A stretch of DNA of 63,265 nucleotides, counting the filler, from Intoshia linei (lineage: Eukaryota > Animalia > Orthonectida): the NCBI GenBank assembly GCA_001642005.1. It is 6 parts of 6 records of this genome, joined end to end, with 100 filler letters (N's around TTAATTAATTAA, not from the genome) between each part and the next. Parts side by side here need not be neighbours in the genome. Positions count along the whole stretch, not along the records: positions 9,317 to 39,831 come from LWCA01000362.1; positions 39,932 to 51,066 come from LWCA01001210.1; 4 more parts are not named here. The stretch is one strand, 5' to 3'. The stretch's first letter is position 1. Each line of letters begins with the position of its first letter. Shown here piece after piece: positions 29,120-42,152 of the stretch. Under the pieces are notes generated by a model. The model did not search any database. It was not told the DNA's origin and saw nothing but the letters and a program-made list of their open reading frames with translations. A program made the translations under genes and the position numbers.

Positions 29120-29925
29120 CCAACCATTTTTACTAAAAATCAAAATTTACCAACACTAACAGGAAAAATCCAGTTTTACCAACCCTAAAATGAAAGATTC
29201 CAGTTTTACCAACCTTTAAGGAAAAAATCCAGTTTTACAAAATTGCGGAGTATCCCATACAAACTCAATATCACAAACAAATCAAATAGAAAGATTATCG
29301 ATAAACAAGTTATAAACGCTTTAATACATACGTAAACTGATGATGAAACTAAAAAGTTTTTAAAACAAAATAAAATTTTTGTTTTAAAAATGGCTAGTAT
29401 TATCGCGTCAGTATTTTAATCTGTAAAGTGTCAGTATTTTAGATGGTTCGTCAATAGAAATATTGAATTTTCAGTTGATATAATGGATTGTCAGTATTTT
29501 AGGTGCTAGTTGACAAGGTGTCAATATTTAAATTTGAAGAGCAGTAAAAAAAATTATTTTGTCAGTACTTTAAATATACTGTTAGTATTTAAATTAAATA
29601 TTCTGTATAAATTTAAACTGACAAAAAATGCTTTTGTTTTACAATACTCTACTATTGCCATAACTACATTCTATTTGTTCTCATAAAAAAATATTCTCAG
29701 GTGTGAACACTATAGAATATTTCTAATTTTTTTGTAATATGGTTTGTATGTAATATGGCTTAATATTTCAGTTTTAACTTGGGTCTGTAGTGGATGATAT
29801 AAATCAAAAACAACTACTCGATTTTTCCATTAAACGTTGGTAAAAGTGGGTTTTTCCATAAGAGTTGGTAAAATTTGGATTTTTCCTTTAAAAGTTGGTA
29901 AAACTGGAATTTTTTCCTTAAAGGT
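29120..29925. repeat. Foldback-like element with inverted arrays of ~30-bp units
   Basis: AAAATCCAGTTTTACCAAC-type units at 29120-29240, their reverse complement at 29836-29925, and central GTCAGTATTTTA-type repeats at 29408-29590. Confidence 0.65.
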
Positions 29926-30589
29926 TGTTACCATTAGAAAAAATAAAAGGGAATTAGCGCCTCAATTTGTGTCTACAAAAAATCGATCTGTTTTTTCTAC
30001 TATTTCTGGCCATCTAGGAATAATTACAATAGCTTCTTATTGTCCCAAACCTAGAAAATTTGTTAATTTGATCTTAACAAAACATGCTAGCATTAATTTC
30101 AACGAAGAGGATACAAAGAAAAAAACTAACCTACATTATTTTATAATAAAAACAAAGGAGGTGTTGACATTCTTGATTATTTATGTAACGAATACAGTAC
30201 AAATTAGAAAACTAGAAAATGGCCTAATTGTTTGTTTCAGGGTTTATTGAATATTTTGGCTGAACAGTTACATTATTTATAAATCGGGAAATAAATATAT
30301 ACCGAGGAGATTATACTTAAGACAACTTGGAAAATCTTTATGTAACGAAAACAAATTATTCACAAATTTATCTTATCAACATCCATGTAATTTTTATATA
30401 TAAATAGAATAATTATGAATTTTAGCTACATTAAATGCTGTAAAAAGACGAAAATGTTATTTTTGTGTGACCAATGAGTTCAAAAAAACTAATAATTTGT
30501 GGAAAATTTGCGCAGTCTACGTTTGCAAAAATCATTCAAATATTGTATGTTCAAATTGCTGTAAAAACAAAAATTTATAAAACTAAATA

Positions 30590-31664
30590 CAGTGGTTTCT
30601 GTTCAATATGAATACTGTATAATATGAATTCACGCTTATATAAATTTCATGAAAATAAAAGTTGGATTTGTATAGTATTTATTATGAGAAAAAAATTTTT
30701 CTATTAATTTTCTATCACGTGACTTATAAATTTCAGAAAAGTAACCATTCAATATGAATTTGAAGAGAAAAAGATTTTTCGATAAATGATAGAATAAAAT
30801 TGATTAAACTGATTGACGAATATTCAAAGTGATCTCAAAAACATTTAGCCACCAAACACTCAATTTTAGTAAATTAGATAAATAAATTGATAAATAAGTA
30901 ATTAAAAAATCGCGAAGAAATTCTTACTTGTAATAATTTAAATTTGAATCAGAAGAGACAACCTTGTCTAAGAAAATCTATGAAAATTGAATCAGTGGTT
31001 TCAAACGTCAACAAACATTAAATATAAATATAAGTAGGCAATATATTGAAAGAAATGGCACTGGAAATTGTCTTTTGAATTTGAACGATTTTAAAGCTTC
31101 TACTGCAGTGGTTTTCAATTTTTTTGTGTTCGCGACCCCCTTATATACATAAAAAATTTTCGCGACCCAAAAATTTTCTATATACTCCAAACATCTTATC
31201 AATTCACATAAATGAAAATATTAAAAAAGCATATTCAGTTTTATTTATATTTTATACTGTGTTCAAATTCTCACGACCCCCCGGTTGAAAACCACTGCTC
31301 TACTGGTTGTTTAAATTCTTTTTTTTAACCAGAAATTTTATTAAATACAAAAAAAATTGTAGGAGAATCAAAATTAGTAAGCTAAAGAGTCTAAAATAAA
31401 AAAATAGCAAGAATTATGATCTGAAGCTGTAGAAAAATATAAAAATAATGACATATTTAACTGTGATGAAACCAGATCTCACAAAAGAAAAAATTGAAAA
31501 TTGCAATAAAACTAGAAACTATTTTCCATTGCAAAAATAAATACTTATACATTTGTGTTAATATTCACTTGATTTTTAATTCATATTCATAATGTACAAC
31601 CCACTCTATTATGAATATTCTAAATATCCGGTCTTTAAACATTCATATTGTACAGAAACCACTG
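30590..31664 (+). mobile_element. pogo/Tigger-derived non-autonomous element nested in the piggyBac relic
   Basis: TA-flanked TIRs CAGTGGTTTCTGTTCAATATGAAT / ATTCATATTGTACAGAAACCACTG; left arm also present, reversed, at about 59800-60033. Confidence 0.8.
31106..31297. mobile_element. hAT MITE nested in the pogo element
   Basis: CAGTGGTTTTCAA / TTGAAAACCACTG; TSD TTCTACTG/CTCTACTG. Confidence 0.85.
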
Positions 31665-33049
31665 TATATCAATCAACGTCATATTTATTATTATCAGTGT
31701 AATTAAATATTTTATGATATGTAAATTTGTTTATTACATCGTGTCACTTTTTCATTCATTAAAAACGACCCTTTTTGTCCTCTTTACGACTGTTTACATT
31801 TTGAAAAAGCGCGACTAGTAAAGGGTTAATTAGTAAATTAATTTTTTCAAAATTATTTCGTGGACCAGTAAAAATTTTTCACGTAACAACATTTGAGAAA
31901 GCTGAGTAATCATATTCAAGAATATAATCTTGAAATGCGCAATTTGGAAAAATGAGGCCTCCATATTACAAAAATTTCGTCAAAAAAAAGGGTCTGTGAA
32001 CCACTTATAATTAATATATTTAAATTTTTATAAAAATCGATTTAATCCTAAAAATGTTACTATGTAACTTTTATTATTTATTCATTCTTAAATCGAAAAT
32101 TTTAAATATTACTTGTGGGATAGAGAAGATTTCACATTAATTAAGTGTCTTACTCGAGTTTTTTCTTCGAAGTCTAACCTCGACGAAATTTTGGTAAATG
32201 GCGAGCTTTATTTTTCAAAAGTAAATACTAATACAAATATTTTTTTGAATATCATAGCTATTTTATGTATCTTTTTTGGGAATTATTTTCATTTCGATTG
32301 CTTCGATCTTGACAGGTCGGTTCTGATTAGTTTCTACTGTAAATAAAAAATTATTAATTTCACACCTACTTGTTGGGAACTACTATCTTATTAAGTTAAA
32401 TTAAATGTATTATTGTAACGCATCGGAATGAATCAAATGCAAAATTATCCTTTTTTAATTCTAAGAATTCCTCTTGTATCAGTACATCAATTTCAGATAC
32501 GTCACATATAAAAGGATTGTGTCATAGTTTATTAATTTATTTCGTAGCCTGATATTCGTCTCCTCTAATTAATTTATTATTTTACTTCACCGAAGTATTC
32601 ATACGTCGTTTAATATTTATAAAATACATGTTTTTTTTTAAAGTGTAAATTGATTATTTTGTTTTCTAATCTTTATATATTATTTTTAATTAATTTTTAT
32701 AATAATTTTCGAAACTTTCGTTGACTGTAAATGTATACAGATGTTATTCGATTTTTCTAAATTTTCGAATCTAAAAGATTATAAAAAATCATTCAATCAA
32801 AATGTAATTATTAGATTGTATATAAGTAATTTAGTTATGTTATGTTAGTAATTTTATGTCTATTTATTCCAATTTATTTAAAAAATTCAGGATTCAGAGT
32901 TTAACTCCAAAATTTAGCTCTTTTATTGCATGTACATTGTACATTTTCTTTTATTGATAATTTTGGACATTATAACTTTGATATTAGTTTAATTAAGTTT
33001 TTATAATTAGATATTTTTACTAACAATGTTATTAACATTAATATAAGTA

Positions 33050-33320
33050 AGTAAATCATGAAATATTGTATCGCTTTCTACTATGGTTTTTGCATTTTTG
33101 ACTATTATCCCGTCATTTTCGTATTCCAATACAAGTGTACTTTACCAGTGTCCAATTTTTTGCATAATATAATGCGGCCTCCAACCACGTACCCCAACGA
33201 GTGACTATTGGTTGAGGTGGTATCCCGATTTCGTGGAACAACTCTGCTTGTTTTTTACATTTAAAACTGCTAGCTTTAACGTATGAAATAAATTGATCTT
33301 TATGGATATTTTTTTAAAAA
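33050..33320 (-). mobile_element. hAT-like (CGGBP-related) transposase relic
   Basis: IGIPPQPIVTRWGTWLEAALYY motif; related to 39230-39831. Confidence 0.75.
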
Positions 33321-33604
33321 CGTTATTAACAGTTTCATTTATAATATAATTATTAAATAAAAAGTAAAATTTTCAAATATTCCGCTAATAATTATATAAA
33401 AGTTCTTTTTTGACAATTTATATTGTATTTTGACAAAAACTTGCCCTACTAATTACTAATTAATTACTTACTGGTTCATAATCATAACAGTAAATAACGT
33501 AGGATATAATACATGTATCAGATTTGTGATAAATTAATAAAATTTTTAAGTTTTAATGAATATAAAAAAACTAGTTTTATAAAAGAAAATATATATTTTA
33601 AATA

Positions 33605-35362
33605 ATGAAGTCAAAATTTGCAAATTTAGGATTCAAGAAAATTAAAAAGTTACAAAAGGATAATAAATTTGAACTACCAATAACCAACGTAAACAAGACT
33701 GAAAAACGTAACTTACTAATAAAAAAATATCGATTGGAAATAGTGAGATATATAATGGACAATGAAGTAAATAAAGTATTAGCCACATTAAACAAATTAA
33801 TATTATTAAATTTCGATATAAATCAACCTGATGAATTGGGATTTACATTATTGCAAAGATGCTGTTCTCGAGGAAATGAACATGCTGTAAAAATGCTGTT
33901 ACACAATGGGGCAAATACAGATGTAACGGGATCAGCTCACAAAAACACGCCATTACATGAAGCAGCATGGAATGGATTTTCTAAATGTCTAAATTTATTA
34001 ATATTGGCTGGAGCAAAAGTAAACGCGTCAAATAAGTTAGGTTTTACGCCACTTCACCTAACTGCCCAAAATGGTCATAATCAATCTACTAGAATACTTC
34101 TTTTAGCAGGGTCTTATGTAAAAAAGGTGAATAATTTCGGTGACACACCATTACAAACTGCTGCAAGATACGGCCATGCCGGAGTAACCAAATTGTTAAT
34201 AATGGCTAAATCTGATTTAAACCACAAAAATTACAATGGGGACTGTGCTCTCGATATAGTTCAAAGTTTAGGTACATAATTAATTTTCCTTCATATTTTT
34301 TGATTAGGATATCGCAAAATGTATCAAATGATGATAAAACATGGAGGGCATTTTACGAATTTTAATCCGTCAAAATGTATTAGACCTGTAAGCGACGAAA
34401 AAAAAATAGAAAATGAAAATCAGGTTATAAATAAACATAAATTATGTAAGGGTGGGGCAAACCGGTATAAAATTGAAAATGGAGATAAAAGTTTTAGAAT
34501 GTATAATAAAATAAACGACTTGTACAATGATGGTTTAGGATCATTATCGTCGTTGCAATCAGGTAATGAGCATATTCTTTTGCTGAAAAAATTTAGGAAT
34601 CAAAATAAACCTAATTCTGTCCTATTTGATGATGACAATTTTCACAATGTATCCATTAACAGACGTAAAATAAATCCTGGCGGTGTTAATGAAAAACGTA
34701 CTAGATGGTGTTCAGACGAAACTGCGCTAACTAAAAAGTACTCCATTCATCGCACCGAACAATGGGTAAGTGAACGAGCAGAGAGAGTAAATATGCGCAG
34801 TCGTCAATTCCAAAAGAGGGACACGTTTCACTCAAGAGAGCAAAAAAATTATAGTGATTTAGATTCAATCAAATGTAACCAATCTAATACAATGATGTGT
34901 ACCCCAAAAAATAGGAAATCACCGAAATACAATATTGAAATAAATATTGAAAATAAATCTCAAAATGACATGTGTCGCAACTGTACACATTCTAAAACTG
35001 AATCAAGCGTTAAATACGAAAATTTAGATGATAAACTCATTAAAAAAGACATGTATGATTTTGTAAAAAAAAAAATACAATATTGGAATATTGATTCCGA
35101 ATCAGGCCGTTATAGTTGTTCTAACCCTACGAGCGATTATATTTTATCCAGCGACAATGCTAATTTTCCGCAAAATACAAGCCTTGGCTTTTATAAAGAC
35201 AAAATAAATTCAAAATCTAACCAATCTTCCAAATCCATAAAGTCAAACACTTCTTCAATCATATCATCGTATCAATCCCGATTAATCGACAAAATGAAAC
35301 TAAAAAGCAAATACAAATACAAAAATGAAATCCAAGAATCTGGTTTTATAACATATATCTAA
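33605..35362 (+). CDS. ANKRD6: Ankyrin repeat protein, ANKRD6/diversin/diego-like; two exons (intron 34272-34307)
   Basis: TPLHEAAWNGFS, TPLHLTAQNGHNQSTRILLLAGS, GDTPLQTAARYGHAGV; a 36-nt GT-AG intron joins ORFs 33605 and 34319 in frame. Confidence 0.8.
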
Positions 35363-35401
35363 TAATGTGACAATAAAAGTATATTTTTAAAAGTTGGAAT
35401 T

Positions 35402-36762
35402 TCAATGTACATTGCTGCACAAGTAATAAATCCATTCGTATCTCGTATAATTTATTTGCTTTTCTTCTTCATTTTGAATAGCCTGCTTTTTAGAATTATT
35501 AGTTTTTGTTTCAATTTCATTAGCTTTTTTAGGCTCGTCAGTTTGAGTTATCAGAGGAATTGAACAGGAAACTATCAATTTACCAAGTTTTTGAAATTTG
35601 TCTTTAGTCTTATTTTCATTTGATTCTTGCACATTAGGTTCTTCGTAACTTATCGGAATCCGGCAATCTCGTCTAGGTCGAACCGTGTCGCTTTTTCGAG
35701 CCAAATGGAAATGAGGACTATCAATATTGAATTCAAATGTTGTCGGTTGAAAAAATACATTTTTAAATGTTAAATTTATTGTTTGACCGGATTTAAATGT
35801 TAATGGGCCTTGTGCCTTTGGGCTGTCTGCTATAGCATGAAGAGACCATTTGTATACTCCTCCGGCTCCAGAGGATGCTTTTAAGATGGCCGTGGATGGA
35901 CCCAACTTGCTTGGTTCGAATGTTACATCAAAATTTATTTCGGTTCCTCCGGGGCCAGAGCCTGCTGCAGCAGCTATTGAACGCTCTACTATAAAATCAG
36001 TATTGTCCATTTTACAAATGTATTCTGTTTTTTGACGTGCATAATTGAAAAATGTGAAATTTCTAGTGACATGTGATCCCAATACTGTTCGAAAGTTTAC
36101 CTAGAATTATTTATTAATTTCATAAAGAATGAGAATCTACAATGTAGATTGATGACAAGTTTTACAGAGGGATGATTTACCAGGTGATATGTAATAATTA
36201 TAATATGTTTTTAAAAGATGTATAAGTATAGTTTCAGTAAAAATTAATACAAAAATCCATAAAATGCAAAATTAAATCCGATTTTACCAAATCTTATGAG
36301 CGACAACTTTTTAATTTCAAACACAAAATAAAAAATCCCCTTTCCAATATTTTTTAAAAAACACGATTTAATAAATCTTATAAGAAAAAACCTAAAATTT
36401 TTATCATAAATGTTTTATATTTCATTTTCCCCTTGGGGTCCTTACACTATTTGAATCGGGAATCACTAAAGGAAAGGATAGTAGATGTAGTTATATCCAC
36501 ACCAAAGGTTCATATAAACTCGAAAAAAACGAGTCTAGGAAGGTTTCAACTAGAAAACCGAACTCTGCAGAGTTGCCATATAACTTATCATTAAACAATT
36601 ATCATTTAAAGTAAATTAAATTAAAACAGGTGATTCATATTGGGCTTCTGTTGCTGTTAATTCAAGTTCATACGGATATGATCCAAGTTCTGGACAATTA
36701 ATTTCCATTTGAGATGTAAAATTTCCAGCTTTAAGTGGAAAATATTCCATAGCAATTACCCC
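35402..36762 (-). CDS. HYDIN: HYDIN (axonemal central-pair protein), last two exons
   Basis: CPELGSYPYELEL|VNFRTVLGS..NYARQKTEY..GGTE..FEPSKLG..PKAQGP..FKNVF..KLIVSC..WIYYL matches the HYDIN C-terminus. Confidence 0.9.
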
Positions 36763-37328
36763 CTAAATAAATAATTAAATATAAATTAAAATGAATTGGC
36801 TGAATCAATTAAATCTCGTCAAAACTTTGACACGTAGATTAAAACATCTAATTTTTCTGAACTGTCATACATTTTCATTAGAATGGCCCTGCGTTTTGTA
36901 ATTTTCGGCTATTGTAGTTATTAAAGTATTTTCATGATGATATCAAAACAATTTCCAAGTTTGTGTAAAACCTATACTGCCATACTGCACCAGTTACCTT
37001 TTTATTTTTTGAACGAAATACTTATTATGAAAAATAAATTGTAATTTTTTAATTTTGGCGATCTACTACATCCTACATACTACTACTACATGTATAAAAT
37101 CATCCCAAATGGACAGGTTGGGCATCCCTGGTGTATGTTAACTAAATACAAATGTATTATCTGTCATTTGTTTTAATTCAAAACAAATATAGGACTTTAA
37201 TTTTCAAAATAATGAGTCATTTGGTATTTTCACCGTGAAGATGAAAGTTTTTGAGATTTTGCATAAATTGATATTTAAAAACTAGACTGAAATATTTAAT
37301 TTTCCATAAATTCACATTTTAGCAAATA

Positions 37329-38822
37329 CAGTATTCTCTCTATAACTCGTTAACTTAAAGTGGCCAGAAAAAATATTTACTTCAATTTTAGTTTATTTGG
37401 TGTTAAATAATGAAGCCAAAACTACTTATCTATGATGAGTTATCATTGATGACGAATAAAAATTTTCGGCTTAAAATTTATTCCAAAAAACTAAACGTAA
37501 TAGTACGTATTTTTCTGGCCACTTTATCTAAATAAGTACTCATAAATACCATAGATAATTTTAATAAATAGATTACTTTTAATTACAGTCGATTATGTTC
37601 TATATGAACATCCTAGAATATGAACTAAGCTCAATATGAACAGGAAAATTTTGTTTGAACAAACATTGATTGGATATTTCGAAACTTTTAAGTATAACTA
37701 GTTAAATTGCAATAAAACGTAAATTGTAATAAAAATTGTAAAATTTAATACAAAATAACTTAACTTACTTTGAAAAATGGTTTTAAAACTTTTAGTTTAT
37801 GTTTTAAATCAGTGTTTCTCAACCTTTTTTACTGCGAGGTACGTTTATGAAATTTCAAAAAATCGCGGGACCTAAAAGCATGATCAATAATTTTTTTTTA
37901 CATGTCGATAATATAAAACAATTTGATTTTTAATTCTTGGACGTGTTTTTGAGAGACATACACGAAGTTCTTCTACCGACAATAGCTTTGCCCGTTTAGT
38001 ATGCTTAATTACTTTTAATGCATAAAATCCCAATTCACAAAAGTAGGATGTTGAAAATTTCAAACTAATTTTCAACTAATAACCAAAATTCATCAAGATT
38101 TAAGTTACCATGTTTCAATTTTAAAGTTCTGTCACTTGAAATACTAGAAAGTTCTCATTTCAATTTTCTTACAACTTTCTAATTATAAAAATCTATTTTA
38201 TTTATACTTGGAAAGCTTCTTCGCCACCAAAATTCAAATACTCATAATTTCCCGGGAAACCCCTAATCATACCCTCCACGAGGTTTGATTATCAGTGGTG
38301 GATGCTACTCTTATAAGTAACATCCTAAATTTTTTTTAAGTCCTTTTTTTGAATAGTTAATAATGCTTTTTTCCAAGATCCCTATCTTCCCACAAAAAGT
38401 AAGGAACACACGGAATTTAGCCGGTAAAACCAGTTGCCTCCATCACACTACGAAGAAGTACCCAGGCCCGTGAGAAATAACTTTTTAGTAAAATATCATT
38501 ATAAAGAGGTAAGTAACTTATTTAAATTATTTCAAGAGAGTTGGGCCAGTAAAAACCCATCTTTTTTACAATATTTCTCATAAAGATAATCGGAATTATT
38601 ATTACTTTTTAACATTATTTTTCACGTTCCCATACACACAACGTATAATACTTTTATTAAAACTCATTTGATTTAAATTTGAGAAATGATGTTGTTTTAT
38701 TGCATACAACAGTAATTTAGAACAACTTTAAATTAAAAAATATCGCATTTATATTTCACGGAACCCCAATTAAATTAAAAACCACTGTTTTAAATCAATG
38801 GCGAGTTGTGGAGAGAATACTG
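37329..38822. mobile_element. TA-flanked Tc1/pogo-type MITE containing nested elements
   Basis: TIR CAGTATTCTCTCTATAACTCG / CGAGTTGTGGAGAGAATACTG; contains a short AAAGTGGCCAGAAAAA-ended MITE (about 37357-37526) and the hAT element below. Confidence 0.8.
37810..38787 (-). mobile_element. Non-autonomous hAT (Buster-like) element
   Basis: CAGTGTTTCTCAA..AACCACTG ends; perfect TSD TTTTAAAT; relic FSTSYFCELGF..EELRVCLS..PRI. Confidence 0.85.
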
Positions 38823-39229
38823 TAGAATATTCTAATAAATAAAAGACAAAAAACTCGGTTAGTCATTAGTAGGGCGAATTATGTCATAAAAATAATTTTC
38901 CTTTTTAATAATAAAAAATTGTTAGAAATGTATGAGGGAACTCTAATAAACACATTTAATGGGGTATATCGATTTTTCAAAAGTCATAAATGTCATATTT
39001 TTTTCTTAATGTAATGAGTTATTACTAGGGCAAGTTTTTTTTGCACCTATAAATCTGACTTTTTGTACCTAATAGAAAAATATTTTAACTTTTTGGACTT
39101 AAAAATTTTTTATTCAAAGAGCAACAATTGAAAATAATTATACTAACTATCCTATTTAGGACAAATTAATTAAAATTCACTGAAAAAAATATTATTAATT
39201 AGTTTAATTTATTGGTAAATAATAATGAC

Positions 39230-39831
39230 AAACTATATATTTTTTAATATTATCGGTTTTAAAATTTCTATCTTTTGCAATCAGTTTTTTAAGCATAGAG
39301 AAGCTTCGTTCTACGGCAGCTGAAGTTGATTGACAATTTTCCAATAGTTAATATATATACTGAAAAATATTATCATTCTTTAATTCACAAATAACTCTAA
39401 TTTCATTGTTTTCCAAGCGTTTCATAATGCATAATTTGATATTACATGGATCTTCTTCAATATGGACATCTTTCATAGCTTTCCAGGCTTTAATTATAAA
39501 AAAAGAGTAATCTTCACATTTTTAAATTAATTTATGTATCATTTTGTAGCCTGATATAATTTTTAATTTTGATGGTAATGTTTCTCTGGATATTGCACAT
39601 TTGGCTTGTCTAACTATGAGACCGTCACCTTCGAATTTGTTAACTATACGTTTTACAGTTGGTAAATGTTTTTCATAATAATTTGAAGCAGCTAACCAAT
39701 TTCCTCATCGTGTAGCAACTGGCATTGGAAGTATCCAATTTCTGAGAATAGCGAATTTCTTTCACGGTTCTTCAGTATGGCCAATTTCAGTCTACATATC
39801 AATTCATCTACATTCTTGAAATATGCCTTCA
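39230..39831 (-). mobile_element. hAT-like (CGGBP-related) transposase relic
   Basis: PVATR*GNWLAASNYY and STSAAVERSFSMLKKLI. Confidence 0.75.
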
Positions 39832-39931
39832 NNNNNNNNNNNNNNNNNNNNNNNNNNNNNNNNNNNNNNNNNNNNTTAATTAATTAANNNNNNNNNNNNN
39901 NNNNNNNNNNNNNNNNNNNNNNNNNNNNNNN

Positions 39932-40404
39932 TGTTAACAGTTCCTCTTTAATCCATAATTCATCTTTAACGTTAAAATACCTTCGTTTATTATCAGATAA
40001 TTTAAAAGGCCATTTATTCCGAATGTATCTTTTAACATTATTTAACAACATATCACGTTGAGTCGCCTCTAATATTTCATTATTACTAAGGAAAGAATCA
40101 TTTTCTATTAAGTCAACATAACGTATATCAATTTGTTCAACCTCTGAATTCACAGGCATTCGCGACATACAATCGGCTATGATATTATCATTCCCTTTAA
40201 TATATTCTATGTCATATAATTATATTCACGTACAAATATTGACAATCTTTTGATGCGTGCAGCTGCATGTCCATGCTTAACATTTCTTAAACGAAATATG
40301 AGTGATAAGTGGTCAGTTTTTAATGTGAATTTGCGTCCATACAGATAATTATGCCATTTTCGTATTGCTACTACACACGCAAGCGTCTCTTTCTCACCAT
40401 TCAC
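39932..40404 (-). mobile_element. Ty3/Gypsy LTR retrotransposon pol fragment (RNase H and connector)
   Basis: EKETLACVVAIRKWHNYLYGRKFTLKTDH..AAARIKR..YIKGNDNIIADCMSRMP. Confidence 0.88.
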
Positions 40405-42152
40405 TCTTCCATCAAACTAACTATAACCTATTTATATAACAACGAATACACAGTACGGTATGAGAAATAAAATAAAAATAACATGTGTCGTGTTCGTTTT
40501 TAATTTCAATACAAAAACATCGGCCTGCTATGCAATTTAAAAATACCCATAATATTTGAACTGAAATTTATTATTACTATTATTTTTTATGGTTATTATT
40601 AATTAAAGTCGATTAACTGTGTCATTATTTAATTCACCTCTAATCTATATAACTAGTGCATCCAAATGAGCGATTCGATTCATTTTGAAAATGATTGGTT
40701 ATAATTATCGAAACGTTATTTAATGTGATTTTAACTATTTTATTAATAACATTTTTAATTTTAGTTTTTTCAAAAATATTTTTTTACGATGACAACATAT
40801 TGACATACTTATATGGGATGTCAATTTTCAAAAACATATATTGACAAATAAGGAAGCTATGTCACAATATCATGTTGTCTTTAAAATTTATGGACGGAGT
40901 GTATTTATTAATGATGAGATCAAGCCATTTAGAAAAAGAAACAGATGCAGTAGCCTCGTCAGATGAAAATGCTAGTCCTTATACATTTAAAACATTTTTG
41001 GTTATGTTATCCATTGTATAATCCAGTGGTCGGCAAATTTTTTTTCAGCGTTACTCTGCTGGAGTAAAATTTTATTAATACAGAATTTTAAAATAAACTA
41101 ATTGTCTGTATAATGTTACTTGACGTCTTCAACGTAGGTTGTGTTCAGAGAGCACATTATGTTGAACATAAATTACTATTATAATAGTTATTCAAAGTAT
41201 AAGCCAATACAAAAATAAAAATATTAATAATTATTAATATATTATAATACATATAATGAAAGACCAAATTTTGTCCAGCGCTACCAGAAGTTATAAATTT
41301 TTCTACCCCCTCCCCCAAATATTTCCAGCACCCATAGGTGGGCGTTACCGCCTACATTAGGAATCACTGCACTAAGTGAATTAGAGGTCAATAGCTAGCT
41401 CTGAAGAAGGTGTGCGTTTATTTATATATTTCTACTTATTATTACATGTACATCAAATGCATCAAATAAGTATATTAAATCTTTTAATTTTACTATCCAA
41501 AATATTAAATTAAAACAGATGATAAAAATTGAATAAATAGGCTGTCACAAACTTAGTGAAAGTAAAATTTTATTAACTACACTGGCACACAAATGACAAT
41601 TTTTTTCTGTTAGAGTAGTTAGTGACAATATTATAAAACATTCCAATCGAACGATGAAATTCTTAGCTTCCATTGAGAAATATTTCAATGACAATTAGTA
41701 ATTAATTAAAATGTTAAAATTTAAAAATCATCATAAAAATCAAAAAAAATGACGGGGGCGTTAGTTAAAAAAAAAATTGGGAAAGACTGCTTTAGAGTCA
41801 AGAAAATGGACGTCATTGGCAGTAATTAATGTATACGTATAGAAATAATATGTTAATTAAATATTTATTTGTAAATTTAGTTACCTAAATTTAACAAAAA
41901 CACTATTTAAAATAGGCACATATGTTAACTAACATAATAATATTTATAGATTTATTGATTAAAATCTAAATCGATGTACATAAAAACAAGCAATTTCCAT
42001 CTAATATTAATATTACATATTTAAATGTATATTAAAATAAACTCATTCCCAAACCTACACTCACAATTTAGATAATTATTAATGAATTGTTTGATTCTGC
42101 ATGGTTACATTTAACTAGCTTTTGATTTTATTTGATTTAAATAAAAGTAGAA

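Larger units (their letters stand above)
29930..31825 (+). mobile_element. piggyBac (PGBD4-like) relic with its right terminus
   Basis: TIRKNKREL, YNKNKGGVD, KTRKWP, C-terminal Cys-rich RRKCYFC..VCKNH..CSNC; terminus ..TAGTAAAGGG followed by TTAA. Confidence 0.88.

Noticed and set aside
29120-29590. Regularly spaced short repeats resembling a CRISPR array
   Set aside because: Units are degenerate, spacers too short, there are no cas genes, the context is eukaryotic and the arrays are inverted as in a transposon
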